Shown: positions 1 to 10,017 of the stretch, piece after piece
How positions within the stretch are numbered: position 1 is the first letter of the stretch
Layout: the number at the start of each line of letters is the position of its first letter
Assembly (NCBI GenBank): GCA_903821635.1
Contig: CAIJLV010000183.1
Coordinates: 97,542 to 161,541, forward strand
Length of the DNA: 64,000 nucleotides
Source: an uncultured Verrucomicrobiota bacterium
Lineage (GTDB): Bacteria > Verrucomicrobiota > Verrucomicrobiia > Limisphaerales > UBA9464
Direction: 5' to 3'
The notes under the pieces: model-generated
Seen by the model: the letters and a program-made list of their open reading frames with translations, nothing else
The model's database searches: none
Told to the model about the DNA's origin: nothing
Translations under genes and position numbers: made by a program

Positions 1-1
1 G

Positions 2-121
2 ATGCAGATGCCGGCGCCCAAGGTCATCACCGTGGTGCGCGAGGAGCTCGGAGCCTTGCATTCGGACCGATCCGGGGAAGATGTCCCGGTGAAATTCGCC
101 GTCGTCGGTGGCGGCGCCTGA
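2..121 (+). CDS. 3' end of a gene truncated by the window edge (product unknown)
   Basis: Frame is open from the window edge to TGA at 119-121 (...VITVVREELGALHSDRSGEDVPVKFAVVGGGA*). No family recognised. Confidence 0.3.
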   Translation: MQMPAPKVITVVREELGALHSDRSGEDVPVKFAVVGGGA

Positions 122-238
122 TGTTTTTTCCTGCGCGAGGCGCGTTCCGTTTCAAACCGACAGGCAGGTGTGGGTCGGACCTTGAAGCGGCGGTTTGACA
201 CAATTCACTCAGGACTTCTTGCCCCCCGCTTCCCACCG

Positions 239-1222
239 ATGCAGCCCGCCGACATTTTTGCTCGTGGCTTGACCAAGGCGTTTCGCGATGGAGTCGTGGC
301 GGTCAACGGCTTCGACCTGCGGGTCGCGCGCGGGACGGTTTACGGACTCATCGGCCGCAACGGGGCAGGCAAGACGACTGCCCTCAAGCTGCTCATGGGC
401 TTGCTCAGGCCCGACAAAGGCGAGGCGCAGGTCCTCGGCTCCTCCCTGTGGGAAGCGCCCCCGGAACACCGGCAGAAAGTCGCTTACGTTTCCCAGTCCC
501 AACAGGTGCCCGAATGGATGTCGCTTGAAGAACTGGGGCGTTACGCGGCGCATTTTTACGCCGCGTGGGAGCCGGAAATCCTGAAACAACAGGCCCGGCG
601 CTGGGAACTGCCCCTGCGCATGCCGATCGCCAAGCTCTCCGGCGGCAACCAGCGGCTGGCGGCCCTCGCGGTGGCGCTCGCCACCCGGCCGGAAGTGCTG
701 CTGCTCGACGAGCCGGCGGCGGGTCTGGATCCGGTGGCCCGGCGGGAACTGAACGTCTGCCTCGTGGACGCGCTGTTGCGGGATGAAGGCTGCACAATCC
801 TGCTGTCCACCCATTTACTCGGTGACCTTGAACGCCTCGCGACTCAGGTCGGCATCATGGACCGGGGCCGCATTGTGACCGCCGGACCGGTCGAAGATTG
901 GCAGCGCACGATGCGCCGGGTGCAGGTTGTGTTTCCGGCCGACGCGCCCCCGGCCGACTTTGCGATTCCAGGGGCGATCCGTTCGCGGACGCTGGGGCCG
1001 GTGGTCACGGCGCTGACGCGGGTGGACGACGAGGCACAGCTCGCCGGCGTGCGGGCGCTACCCGGCGCACGGGTGCAGATCTTCCCGCTGACGCTGGAAG
1101 AGTTGTTCGTGGATTGGTTCAGCGGTTCGCCCGACAGTCCGCTTCCCAGTGACGAGCCGTCCGAGCCGTCCGGCCTGGCCGATGCCGAGCGTTCGATTCG
1201 CCCGCCGGATCGCGCGCTTTAG
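239..1222 (+). CDS. ABC transporter ATP-binding protein (ABC-2/CcmA-like) with C-terminal extension
   Basis: Walker A GRNGAGKTT, ABC signature LSGGNQR and Walker B LLLDEP are present. ATG at 239 (MQPADIFARGLTKAF) fits the family N-terminus better than the ORF-track start at 170. Confidence 0.9.
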   Translation: MQPADIFARGLTKAFRDGVVAVNGFDLRVARGTVYGLIGRNGAGKTTALKLLMGLLRPDKGEAQVLGSSLWEAPPEHRQKVAYVSQSQQVPEWMSLEELGRYAAHFYAAWEPEILKQQARRWELPLRMPIAKLSGGNQRLAALAVALATRPEVLLLDEPAAGLDPVARRELNVCLVDALLRDEGCTILLSTHLLGDLERLATQVGIMDRGRIVTAGPVEDWQRTMRRVQVVFPADAPPADFAIPGAIRSRTLGPVVTALTRVDDEAQLAGVRALPGARVQIFPLTLEELFVDWFSGSPDSPLPSDEPSEPSGLADAERSIRPPDRAL

Positions 1223-1256
1223 AATTCCGCGGGTCCCCGCAGCTCTAGACCCGGGT

Positions 1257-1646
1257 TCAACGCGGTGCCGCCAGCTTGAATTCCGGAATCCGCACGAACA
1301 CGCGGCGGCCATCTTGGTCCAAGCCGATGAAGGCCCCGGTCGCGACGCCCTTTGAAGTCGGCAGCGCGTGCCAGGAATTATAGCTGAACTTGTCCCCCGG
1401 CAGAATCGTGGGCGTTTTACCGACGACGCCGTCGCCTTCTAGCACCAACTGGGTGCCATCAGCGTGCGATACGACCCACTTGCGCCCCTTGATGGTCACG
1501 GCCACTTCGGCGTCGTTGTGGATGCTCAGGAAATAGACAAACGCATGTTCCTTCCCGTCGGATTCCTCCGGGTTGAGATGCCGATACACGAGCCGGTCCA
1601 GCGTCACACGCAGGCCGGGCATTTCCACGGGGGCAGAAGTTTTCAT
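1257..1646 (-). CDS. apaG: ApaG (DUF525) protein
   Basis: 129 aa with ApaG-like blocks FVYFLSIHN...KGRKWVV...GDGVVGKTPTILPGDKFSYNS...G.F.G. Confidence 0.85.
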   Translation of the reverse strand: MKTSAPVEMPGLRVTLDRLVYRHLNPEESDGKEHAFVYFLSIHNDAEVAVTIKGRKWVVSHADGTQLVLEGDGVVGKTPTILPGDKFSYNSWHALPTSKGVATGAFIGLDQDGRRVFVRIPEFKLAAPR

Positions 1647-1649
1647 CAG

Positions 1650-2267
1650 TCAGGAAAGGGGAACCGCCGGCGGTCGAGTCTGGGCGATGAGCTTGCGGAG
1701 CTGTGCTTCAACTTCCCGAACCCGCGGCAACCCGATGAAACCAACCGCGGTCGCACGGTGGTCACCGTGGCGGTCCCGCCACGAGCGCCGGGAAAAAATC
1801 AGGTCACCGGAACCGTCGGCCTGTTCGGTCCGTTCCAAGGTTTGCAGCTCTTCCGGCTCGAATGACTTCACGGCGCGGGCACCGCGCCAGCCCGGTTCAG
1901 AAATCAGGACCCGCCGGTCGGTGATCGCATAAAGCACGCCTGCGGCCTTGCGGCGGCCCCACCACGGGGAGGACAACAGGCCAAGACCGATCAGGATGAA
2001 CGGCACGCCGAACAGCGGGAAAAACCAGCGAAAACCCATGGCCATGGCGTGGTCGCCCGGGATCGCTCGCGTGCCGAAAAACGCCATGCAAGTCCAGAAC
2101 ACCGCGAACGCCGTCCACGGAATGCCGAAGAGCACCGCGGCCCAACTGCCGCGGGTATAACGCTTCGGCAACGGCTGGCCGGACCACAGCACCCGCTCGC
2201 CCGGGGCCAGCTCACGGTCCAGCTCCTGCTGGAGTTGGCGCGGGATGGGCAGTTCGCGGGCGATCAT
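1650..2267 (-). CDS. Hypothetical membrane protein (two TM helices plus PH-like C-terminal domain)
   Basis: Hydrophobic segments WAAVLFGIPWTAFAVFWTCMAFF and FFPLFGVPFILIGLGLLS. Only a 3-nt gap to apaG. ATG at 2267 is chosen so the gene does not overlap the upstream fumarase beta gene. Confidence 0.6.
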   Translation of the reverse strand: MIARELPIPRQLQQELDRELAPGERVLWSGQPLPKRYTRGSWAAVLFGIPWTAFAVFWTCMAFFGTRAIPGDHAMAMGFRWFFPLFGVPFILIGLGLLSSPWWGRRKAAGVLYAITDRRVLISEPGWRGARAVKSFEPEELQTLERTEQADGSGDLIFSRRSWRDRHGDHRATAVGFIGLPRVREVEAQLRKLIAQTRPPAVPLS

Positions 2268-2283
2268 GGGTTGGCTGGACTGC

Positions 2284-2859
2284 TTAAAGACGCTTTGCGA
2301 GTTCGGCCTGGCTGTGGGCAAAAACTTCGCGGTGCAGCGAATTGCCGTGGGCATCCATCGTCACCACGGCGGGGAAATTCACGACCTCCAGTTCCCAGAT
2401 CGCCTCGGGCGAACCGAACTGCTCCAACAAGTAAACGCCCTTCACGCGTGTCACGCATTCGGCGAGCACCTGCGCCGCGCCGCCGATGGCGTGGAGATAG
2501 ACGCAGCCGTGGGCCTGACAGCCGGCGAGCGTCTGGTCGCCCATGCCGCCCTTGCCGATCACGCCGCGCAGGCCGAAGTCGCCGATGATCTGGGCCTGAT
2601 ACGGCTCCTCCCGGATGGACGTCGTGGGGCCGGCCGCGGTGCATTTCCACGTGCCGTCGTCCTGCTTCATCATCACGGGGCCGCAATGGTAAAGGAGGCC
2701 GCCGGCGAGGTTCACCTCGGGGGGCAGTTGGCCGCCCTCATGCAAGTATTTGTGCACGGCGTCGCGCCCGGTGTAGAGCGTGCCGTTGATCTGGACCTCG
2801 TCGCCGACCTTCAGCGCGCGAATGGTGGCTTCGGAAATGGGAGTGGTGAGGGTGGTCAT
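2284..2859 (-). CDS. Fe-S hydro-lyase beta subunit (class I fumarate hydratase / tartrate dehydratase, C-terminal domain type)
   Basis: MTTLTTPISEATIRALKVGDEVQINGTLYTGRDAVHK...GKGGMG... matches the FumA_C / TtdB family. ATG at 2859 verified (cat at 2857-2859). Confidence 0.85.
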   Translation of the reverse strand: MTTLTTPISEATIRALKVGDEVQINGTLYTGRDAVHKYLHEGGQLPPEVNLAGGLLYHCGPVMMKQDDGTWKCTAAGPTTSIREEPYQAQIIGDFGLRGVIGKGGMGDQTLAGCQAHGCVYLHAIGGAAQVLAECVTRVKGVYLLEQFGSPEAIWELEVVNFPAVVTMDAHGNSLHREVFAHSQAELAKRL

Positions 2860-2879
2860 ATGCCTAAAGCGGGTGAAAA

Positions 2880-3758
2880 TTAGTAAAGCCACCCGGTGAT
2901 CTGGGAATCGGCACCCAGCGTCACGCCTTGCCGGCGGTAGGCCCAGCACATGTAGCTCACGCTGACAAAATACGACGCCGGCACGCGGTTGGCCGCGCAG
3001 ATTTTCACACCGAGCAACGTCGTCTTGCCACCGAAACCCATCGGGCCGATGCCGAGTTCGTTGGCCGTCTTGAGGATGTCCTGCTCCAGCGCGTCGAGCT
3101 TGGGCTCGGGGTTGCGGTCATCCAGCTTCCGCAGGAATTGCTGCTTGCTGAACTCATAGCCCGTCGCCCGGTCGCCGCCGATGCACACGCCGAGGATGCC
3201 CGGGCCGCAGCCTTTGCCCTGCGCTTGGAGCACGGCGTCGAGGATCACCTTGCGGCAGCCGTCGAGGTCGCGGTTGGCGTGGAGCTTCTCGGCGGGCAGC
3301 GAGTATTGCGCGCCGACGTTTTCGCATCCGCCGCCCTTAAGGATTAGGCGGATGTTGGTCTCGGGCGAGCGGTGCTGGTGGAAGTGCACCGCCGGCGCGC
3401 CGGGACCGGTGTTCGTGCCGTCGTTCTTGCCCGTGATGGAGTCCACGGAGTTCTGTCGCAGGTAGCCTTTCTTGGTGGCCTGCTGCACGGCTTCGCGCGC
3501 CGTTTCTTCAAAGGCGAGCTGGTCGAGCCCGAGTGGGCATTCCACGTAGAAAATCACGCTGCCGGTGTCTTGGCAGATGGGCTGCGACTTGCGCTTCGCC
3601 AGCTCGATGTTGCGCTCGATGAGCTTGAGCGCGCTCTCGGCGATGGTGCCTTTCTTCTCCGCCTCCAGCGACCGGACGAGGGCGGCGTTCACATCCTCGG
3701 GCAGTTCGGCGGAAGTGCGGCGAATCAGTTCAATCAGTGAATCCAACAGCGAAGCCAT
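2880..3758 (-). CDS. Fe-S hydro-lyase alpha subunit (class I fumarate hydratase N-terminal domain type)
   Basis: ...CQDTGSVIFYVE...KGGGCEN...GPGILGVCIGG... are the typical Fe-S ligand Cys blocks. It lies adjacent to the beta subunit gene. Confidence 0.85.
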   Translation of the reverse strand: MASLLDSLIELIRRTSAELPEDVNAALVRSLEAEKKGTIAESALKLIERNIELAKRKSQPICQDTGSVIFYVECPLGLDQLAFEETAREAVQQATKKGYLRQNSVDSITGKNDGTNTGPGAPAVHFHQHRSPETNIRLILKGGGCENVGAQYSLPAEKLHANRDLDGCRKVILDAVLQAQGKGCGPGILGVCIGGDRATGYEFSKQQFLRKLDDRNPEPKLDALEQDILKTANELGIGPMGFGGKTTLLGVKICAANRVPASYFVSVSYMCWAYRRQGVTLGADSQITGWLY

Positions 3759-3913
3759 AACGTGGCTAAACGTGCGACCGGCGGGCCGCTCCGTCAACGC
3801 AGCGACGGGACCGGCTGGGCTGTAAGTGTCCTCCTCGCCCTAGGGCCAACACCCACGGCCGCCGGGTCCCGTTTTCCGCTTCCGTGTGCTTGGTTTGGCT
3901 TCAGGCTCCCGCC

Positions 3914-5326
3914 ATGACTTCCCGTTCCTTGGCCTTCGTCCTTCCGCTGGTGACCGCAGTGACCGCCCTCACGGCGCCGCCGCCCCGCCTCAAGGTCAGC
4001 GAAAACCATCGCTTCCTCGTCACTGCGTCCGGACAGCCGTTTTTCTGGCAGGGCGACACGGCGTGGGAATTGTTCCATCGCCTCAACCGGGAAGAAGCCG
4101 ACCTTTACCTGAAGAATCGCGCCCAACTTCGCTTCACCGTGGTGCAGGCCGTGGCCCTCGCTGAACTGGAGGGTCTGAACACGCCCAACGCCTACGGGCA
4201 CACGCCGCTCCTTGAGCACGATCCCACCCGGCCGAACGAGGCCTATTTCCAGCACGTCGATTGGATCGTGCAGCGGGCCAATGCGCTCGGGCTTTACGTC
4301 GGCTTCCTGCCTACTTGGGGCGACAAATGGAATCAGGCGTGGGGTGCTGGACCGGAGATTTTTACGCCTCAAAACGCCGAAGTTTACGGCGAATGGCTTG
4401 GGCAACGCTACCGGGACGCCGGGCTGATCTGGATTCTGGGCGGGGACCGGCCGCTTGATCAGGCCCGCGCCGACGGGCAACGGGCGATCACCCGCGCCTT
4501 GGCCCGCGGCCTGCGTCGCGGCGACGGCGGCGCGCACCTCATGACGTGGCATCCGACGGGAGGCAGTGGTTCCAGCCAGCACTTCCATGCCGATGACTGG
4601 CTCGACTTCAACATGCGACAAAACGGCCACACCGCCGAGTTCACCGGCCGCTATGACCAGACCCGGGTGGACTACGACCGCACGCCGGTGAAGCCGGTGC
4701 TCGATGGCGAACCCCTCTACGAGGATCACCCGGTTTCCTTCGACGCGAAGAAGTTCGGCCACTCCCTCGCCAGCGACGTGCGCCGACCGCTTTACTGGAA
4801 TCTCTTCGGGGGAGCCTTTGGCCACACTTACGGCCACCACTCCGTCTGGCAGATGTGGTCGCCCGGCAAGAATCCCATCAACCAACCGCTCCTGCCGTGG
4901 ACCGAAGCCATCAACCAGCCCGGCGCAGCGCAGATGCAGCACGCGCGCGCGCTGCTGGAGTCGCGGCCGTTTCTCAGCCGCATCCCGGATGATTCAATCC
5001 TCGTTCCCGATCGCGTGCCGACGAGTGTGCCCGGCACCGGCCGCTATCACTTTGCGGCGACCCGAGATGCCGCTGGCACCTACGCGTTCGTGTATGCGCC
5101 CGCCGGCCGAAGTTTTAAGGTGCGCCTGAATGTGATCCAAGGCTCCCGGGTAAAGGCGTGGTGGTTCAACCCGCGCGACGGCAAGGCCAGCGCCATCGGC
5201 ACGTTTGCCAGCCCCGGCGAGCGCGAATTCACTCCGCCGAATCCCGGCGAACTGCTCGATTGGGTGCTCGTGCTGGATGACGCGGCAAAGCGATATCCGG
5301 CGCCCGGCAGCCGGAAGTTGGATTGA
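3914..5326 (+). CDS. Secreted glycoside hydrolase, GH140-like (DUF4038 plus collagenase-like C-terminal domain)
   Basis: Signal peptide followed by [45 protein letters not shown]...PTWGDKW. C-terminal DWVLVLDD block. Confidence 0.75.
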   Translation: MTSRSLAFVLPLVTAVTALTAPPPRLKVSENHRFLVTASGQPFFWQGDTAWELFHRLNREEADLYLKNRAQLRFTVVQAVALAELEGLNTPNAYGHTPLLEHDPTRPNEAYFQHVDWIVQRANALGLYVGFLPTWGDKWNQAWGAGPEIFTPQNAEVYGEWLGQRYRDAGLIWILGGDRPLDQARADGQRAITRALARGLRRGDGGAHLMTWHPTGGSGSSQHFHADDWLDFNMRQNGHTAEFTGRYDQTRVDYDRTPVKPVLDGEPLYEDHPVSFDAKKFGHSLASDVRRPLYWNLFGGAFGHTYGHHSVWQMWSPGKNPINQPLLPWTEAINQPGAAQMQHARALLESRPFLSRIPDDSILVPDRVPTSVPGTGRYHFAATRDAAGTYAFVYAPAGRSFKVRLNVIQGSRVKAWWFNPRDGKASAIGTFASPGEREFTPPNPGELLDWVLVLDDAAKRYPAPGSRKLD

Positions 5327-5359
5327 CCTGCACCCGGAATTCTCATCCTGCTGCTGCGC

Positions 5360-5821
5360 ATGACCGCTGAGGAAACGTTGCAGCAACTCGGACTCACCCT
5401 GCCATCCGCGCCCGCCGCCGTGGCCGCCTACGAACCTTGGGTGCGGACCGGCAACTTGGTCTTCACCTCCGGCCAGCTTCCTTGGCGCGACGGCCGGATG
5501 GCCTTCACCGGCCAGCTCGGCGCCGAGTTGACCGTGGAGCAGGGCTACCAAGCCGCCCGGCAGTGCGCCCTCAACGTGCTGGCCCAGCTCAAGGCCGCCA
5601 CCGGTGACTTGGAAAAGGTCCGCCGGCTGGTCCGCGTCGAGGGCTACGTTCACTGCGCGCCGGGCTTCCGTGGCCATCCGCAGGTGCTCAACGGCGCCTC
5701 GGACCTCTTCAATGCCGTTCTCGGTTCCCGCGGCGCCCACGCCCGGCTGGCCGTCGGCATCAGCGACATGCCGCTCGACGCCGCAGTCCAGCTCACGGTC
5801 ACGGCGGAAGTCGCCGACTGA
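5360..5821 (+). CDS. RidA/YjgF family protein
   Basis: 153 aa; ...GNLVFTSGQLP...VRVEGYV...ARLAVGISDMPLDAAVQLTV is typical of the RidA fold. Confidence 0.85.
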   Translation: MTAEETLQQLGLTLPSAPAAVAAYEPWVRTGNLVFTSGQLPWRDGRMAFTGQLGAELTVEQGYQAARQCALNVLAQLKAATGDLEKVRRLVRVEGYVHCAPGFRGHPQVLNGASDLFNAVLGSRGAHARLAVGISDMPLDAAVQLTVTAEVAD

Positions 5822-5829
5822 GCCGCGGC

Positions 5830-6559
5830 GTGGCCTGGAAGAAAACGCAGGGAACGCAGCCGGCCGCCGTCGTCCCGGTGCCCCGCACCGACCGCAATTC
5901 GCAGCTCGCGCACGAGCAGCTCCTCGCCAAGGCCCGGCAGGGCCGGATCGACCTCTACTTCGTTGGCGATTCCATCATCCGTCGCTGGGGCTGTTCCGCC
6001 GCCCAATACCGCGACCTGGACCACCAACTTCCACGGCTGGAACGCCGGCAACTTCGGCTGGGGCAGCGACACGGTGCAGAACATCCTCTGGCGGCTGGAG
6101 AACGGCGAACTCGCCGGTGTCCATCCCAAGGTCATCGTGCTCCTGGCCGGCACCAACAACCTCAAGCCCGACGACACCGGCGACCGCGCCGAGGCCAAGA
6201 TCGCCGAAGTCACCGCCGGCATCCGCGCGATTCTCAACTCCGTGCAACGCCAGGCGCCCGCCGCCACGGTGATCCTCACGGGTGTCCTGCCGCGGAACAG
6301 TCCCGGCGAAGACCTCACGCTGATGCCCACCATCCGCCGTCTCAATGCCCGCCTCGCCGGTTTCGCCGACGGCCAACGCATCCGCTACCTCGACCTCGAC
6401 GACCGCCTGGCCGACCGCGACGGCAAACTCCTCGCTGGCGAAGTGGGGAGACCGTCGCTGGATGAGCGATACTTTGAGGCGCAAACTCACCAGCCCATCA
6501 CAAAATTCGATGTTGCCGCTCTATTTTGGCAGGCTAGCTGGCGGAAAACTGTCTTGTGA
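5830..6559 (+). pseudogene. SGNH/GDSL hydrolase, frameshifted and 3'-truncated
   Basis: Block I (DLYFVGDSIIRRWG) is in the frame of ORF 5830. Blocks II-III (NFGWGSDTVQNILWRL, VIVLLAGTNNL) are in the frame of ORF 5963. The frames meet at a GGGG run at 5987-5990. No D-x-x-H block is found in any frame after about 6440. Confidence 0.6.
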
Positions 6560-6655
6560 GGCAAACCACGGCGAGTCTCGTGTGGTCAACTTCGGCCTAG
6601 GATGCTTTGAAGACATGACCGATTGATTTCGACGCGCTGGCAGCACAGAAGTTTG

Positions 6656-7090
6656 TCATTGGGTTGCAGGCTTCGGCGGTGTGTGGCCGAGCAGCTTATT
6701 CGCCCACTTGATGAAGTGCTTCATGTTGGTGCGGTCCTCATGGCCACCGTCGTGCTGGCGCCAGGCAAGTTCGCCGTCGAGCAGGCCGGTGTTCCCCGCG
6801 GGCTTCTGCGCGGTGCGACAGTCCTCGGTCACGCCCAAGTCCCGCGTGCCGGGCCGGGGCGACGGTCGCCATGCAGCTGCCCTGCTGGTCGAGCCAGTGG
6901 GCGTCGCCCTTCTCTGGTATGCCGTAGCTGATGAACGTGGGCCGCGACGCGCACAGCGCAATGAATTGGTGCGTGTCCACCGGGTAGGGGTATTCGCCGG
7001 AGCCGGTGAGGTTCTCCACCGCCTCGCCAAAGTCGCGCCGGTGTAGCTTCGCGCCGTCTTCGCCGGACGAAGGCCGTCCGCGCTCCGCTA
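6656..7090 (-). pseudogene. C-terminal remnant of an alpha/beta-hydrolase (glucuronoyl-esterase CE15-like), frameshifted
   Basis: Two minus-strand frames carry consecutive pieces: ...EYPYPVDTHQFIALCASRPTFISYGIPEKGDAHWLDQQGS, then ...LLDGELAWRQHDGGHEDRTNMKHFIKWANKLLG*. There is no N-terminal nucleophile region because the next gene starts at 7160. Confidence 0.4.
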
Positions 7091-7159
7091 GAGCCGTCCC
7101 GGCCCAGCAAGCCGGGCGTGACTCACGGGCTTCTTTTCCCGAAGCTTCTCCCGCTTTCC

Positions 7160-8485
7160 ATGAAGACACTCCTGCCTTCGTTCGCCGTTTCCCGGCTTGG
7201 CTTGTCGTTGATGCTGGGCTTCGCCCTGCTGGCCGCGCCCGCCATCGCCCAGACCAAGTCCACCCAGCGCTCGCCGCCGCTCAAGGAAACCGCGCCATCG
7301 CGAGCCGGCGTCTCCGCCGAACGCTTGGCTCGGATCGACGCGATGTGCGAAGACGCGATCCGCGAGAACCGCATTCCGGGCGTCGTGGCGCTCGTCGCGC
7401 GCCACGGCAAGATTGTTTACCACAAAGCGTTCGGGCTGGCCGACCACGAGGCCGGCCGCGCGCTGAAGCGCGACGACATCTTTCGCATCGCCTCGCAGTC
7501 CAAGGCCATCACCTCCACCGCCGTGATGCTGCTGTGGGAGGAAGGCCGCTTCCGGCTCGACGATCCGGTGTCGAACTGGATCCCCGAGTTCAAGGGCGCG
7601 CAGGTGCTCAAGGCCTACAACGAGGCCGATGGCACCTGGACCGGCGAACCGGTGAAGCGCGAGATCACCATCCGCCACCTGCTCACGCACACGTCCGGCA
7701 TCGGCTACGGCGTCATCGATGGCGATGAGCGCTTCAAAAAGCTCTACGCCAAGGCCGGCGTGACGGATCTGTTCACCACCGAGCCGGTCACCATCGGCGA
7801 CAGCGTGAAGCGCCTCGCCAAGCTCCCGCTGCACCATCATCCCGGCGACAAGTTTACCTACAGCGAAGGTCTCGACGTGCTGGGCTACTTCATCGAGGTC
7901 GTCTCGGGAATGCCCTTCGATAAGTTCCTGGAAACGCGCCTGTTCGCCCCGCTCGGGATGAAGGATACCGGCTTCTACCTGCCTGCGGAAAAGGCCGGCC
8001 GCCTCGTTGCCGTGCAGAAGCCTGACGGCGCCAAATGGGTCCGCTACCCGGTCACCTTTTACGATCCCGATTACCCGATCAAAGGCGCGAAGTCGTTCTT
8101 CTCCGGCGGCGCCGGCCTGTGTAGCACGGCGAAGGACTACGCGACCTTCCTCCAGATGTATCTCAATGGCGGCGAACTCGGCGGCGTGCGGATCCTCAGT
8201 CGCACCACCGTGGACACCATCCTGCGCGAGCAGGTAGCCAAAGATCTGTTCGGTGGCGGCGACAAGCACTACGGACTGGCGTTCGGCGTGGTCACGGAGC
8301 AGGGCCAGGGCAAGGGCGGCGAAGGCAGCGCCGGCACGTTCGACTGGGGCGGCTACTTCAACACGCAATACTTCGCCGACCCGAAGGAAGGTCTGCTCGG
8401 CGTGCTGATGAAGCAGACCCAAGGTGGCAACGACAACACCGGCTGGAAGTTCCGCCAACTCGTCGGCCAGACCGTGGATGATTGA
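7160..8485 (+). CDS. Serine hydrolase, beta-lactamase (class C / esterase EstB-like) family
   Basis: Signal peptide, S-x-x-K motif in FRIASQSKAITS, and the family-wide block HLLTHTSGIGYG. Confidence 0.85.
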   Translation: MKTLLPSFAVSRLGLSLMLGFALLAAPAIAQTKSTQRSPPLKETAPSRAGVSAERLARIDAMCEDAIRENRIPGVVALVARHGKIVYHKAFGLADHEAGRALKRDDIFRIASQSKAITSTAVMLLWEEGRFRLDDPVSNWIPEFKGAQVLKAYNEADGTWTGEPVKREITIRHLLTHTSGIGYGVIDGDERFKKLYAKAGVTDLFTTEPVTIGDSVKRLAKLPLHHHPGDKFTYSEGLDVLGYFIEVVSGMPFDKFLETRLFAPLGMKDTGFYLPAEKAGRLVAVQKPDGAKWVRYPVTFYDPDYPIKGAKSFFSGGAGLCSTAKDYATFLQMYLNGGELGGVRILSRTTVDTILREQVAKDLFGGGDKHYGLAFGVVTEQGQGKGGEGSAGTFDWGGYFNTQYFADPKEGLLGVLMKQTQGGNDNTGWKFRQLVGQTVDD

Positions 8486-8678
8486 GGCGTCTGGCGTGGG
8501 GAAATCCTCCAGGGCGGGGCGGGGCTGCTGACCGGTCGTTCGGGCTCCCCCCTGCCCCTGGCAAGTGCGCTTGGCCCGGCCCGGCCATTCATTCCTCGCG
8601 AAAAGCTCGGCCCGACGCCTGACCGCTGGCCTTCGGCCGAGGTTCCCGCCACGCTGGCGGCGTTCGCCGTTGAAAGCC

Positions 8679-9935
8679 ATGAACTCGAAGTCCTTTTCCG
8701 CCTTGCTGGCTGCCGCCGCCCTGTCACTTCACGCCGACCACTGGCCGCAGTTCCGCGGTCCCACGGCCCAGGGGCTTTCCGCCGAAACCAAGGTGTCGCT
8801 GAACTGGAGCGCGACCGAAAACCTCGCTTGGAAGACCGAACTGCCCGGCGAGTCCTGGTCGTCACCCATCGTCTGGGGCAACCACGTCTTCGTGACCACC
8901 GCGACGGAGAATGGCGAATCCTGCCGCGTGCTGGCGCTGAACCGGAAGTCCGGTGCCGTGCGCTGGAATCGGGAAGTGTTCCGTCAAGAACCGCGCCGCA
9001 AAGAAGGCCGCAACAGCTACGCCACCCCCACGCCCGCCACGGACGGCCAACGGGTCTATGCGTGTTTCGGCGACGGCAGTTTCGCCGCCCTGAACTTCGC
9101 CGGCGAAATTCAGTGGGTGAACCGCGACCACAAATTCTACAGCCAGCACGGCCTCGGCACCGCGCCGATCCTCCATGACGGCCTGCTCATCATGGCGCGC
9201 GACGGCAGCAGCGACGGCGAGGATAAGAAGGTCGGCTGGCAAACTCCGTGGGACCAATCCTACGTTGTCGCGCTCGACCCCAAGACCGGCAAGGAACGCT
9301 GGAAAACCAAGCGCGGCCCCTCGCGCATCGCCCACGGTGCGCCGGCGATTTGGCGCGGCCCCGGCGGCGAAACCCAAGTCATCAGCGAAGGCGGCGATGT
9401 GGTGCAGGGCTACGACCTGAAGACGGGCGAGCGCCGCTGGACCAGCCTCGTGGCGGGCGAAGGCAAGGTGCCCTCCATGGTGTTGGCCGGCGACTTGGCG
9501 ATCACGGCGGGCGGTTGGGGCGGCAAGGAAACGATCAAGGCCTTCAAGCTCGGTGCCTCGGGCGACCTGAAGGAATCGAACCTCGTGTGGGAACAGAAGA
9601 AGGGCATGCCCAAGGTGCCCTCGATGCTCTACGTGAAACCCTACCTCTTCGGCATCACCGACGGTGGCGTCGCCTCGTGCCTCAAGGCCGACACCGGTGA
9701 ACTCGTCTGGCAGGAACGCGTCGGCGGCAACTTCTCGGCCTCGCCCGTCGCTGCCGGCGGGCGCATTTATTTCGTCGGGGACAATGGTGACACGACCGTC
9801 ATTGCGGCCGGGCCCGAATTCAAAGTGCTGGCGAAGAACCCACTTGGCGAACGGGTCCAAGCGTCACCCGCGATTTCGCAGGGACAATTCTTCATCCGCA
9901 CGGAGCACCAACTCTTCTGTTTTGGCCTCCGGTGA
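8679..9935 (+). CDS. Secreted PQQ-like beta-propeller repeat protein
   Basis: MNSKSFSALLAAAALSLHADHWPQFRGP...SWSSPIVWGNHVFVTT... with repeated propeller blades. ATG at 8679 verified. Confidence 0.8.
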   Translation: MNSKSFSALLAAAALSLHADHWPQFRGPTAQGLSAETKVSLNWSATENLAWKTELPGESWSSPIVWGNHVFVTTATENGESCRVLALNRKSGAVRWNREVFRQEPRRKEGRNSYATPTPATDGQRVYACFGDGSFAALNFAGEIQWVNRDHKFYSQHGLGTAPILHDGLLIMARDGSSDGEDKKVGWQTPWDQSYVVALDPKTGKERWKTKRGPSRIAHGAPAIWRGPGGETQVISEGGDVVQGYDLKTGERRWTSLVAGEGKVPSMVLAGDLAITAGGWGGKETIKAFKLGASGDLKESNLVWEQKKGMPKVPSMLYVKPYLFGITDGGVASCLKADTGELVWQERVGGNFSASPVAAGGRIYFVGDNGDTTVIAAGPEFKVLAKNPLGERVQASPAISQGQFFIRTEHQLFCFGLR

Positions 9936-10017
9936 CCGCGCGCTGGGTTCGTGGGGCAGCGCTTGGTTTGATCAGCCCCGCGAGCGCTGTTGGTTCCAGC
10001 CGTGCCGGGAGCGTTGC

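Noticed and set aside
170-238. N-terminal extensions of many ORF-track ORFs, e.g. 170, 3884, 7118, 8565, 15592, 17325, 20186, 28298, 29960, 33208, 46659, 55454, 57862 and 60011
   Set aside because: The extensions are Arg/Pro-rich and often begin at GTG/TTG. They overlap neighbouring genes or promoters. An internal ATG gives the canonical family N-terminus or a signal peptide.
7088-8680. Long antisense ORFs throughout the track: 7088-8680(-), 12886-14835(-), 14884-16230(-), 22962-24188(-), 24606-26099(-), 45121-46257(+), 50157-51668(+), 55430-57400(+), 58680-60299(+), 3794-4942(-) and 39708-40976(+)
   Set aside because: Each lies opposite a gene with clear family motifs. Their translations are Arg/Gly/Ala/Pro-rich and low-complexity, with no recognisable domains. 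This is the typical shadow-ORF behaviour of a high-GC genome.
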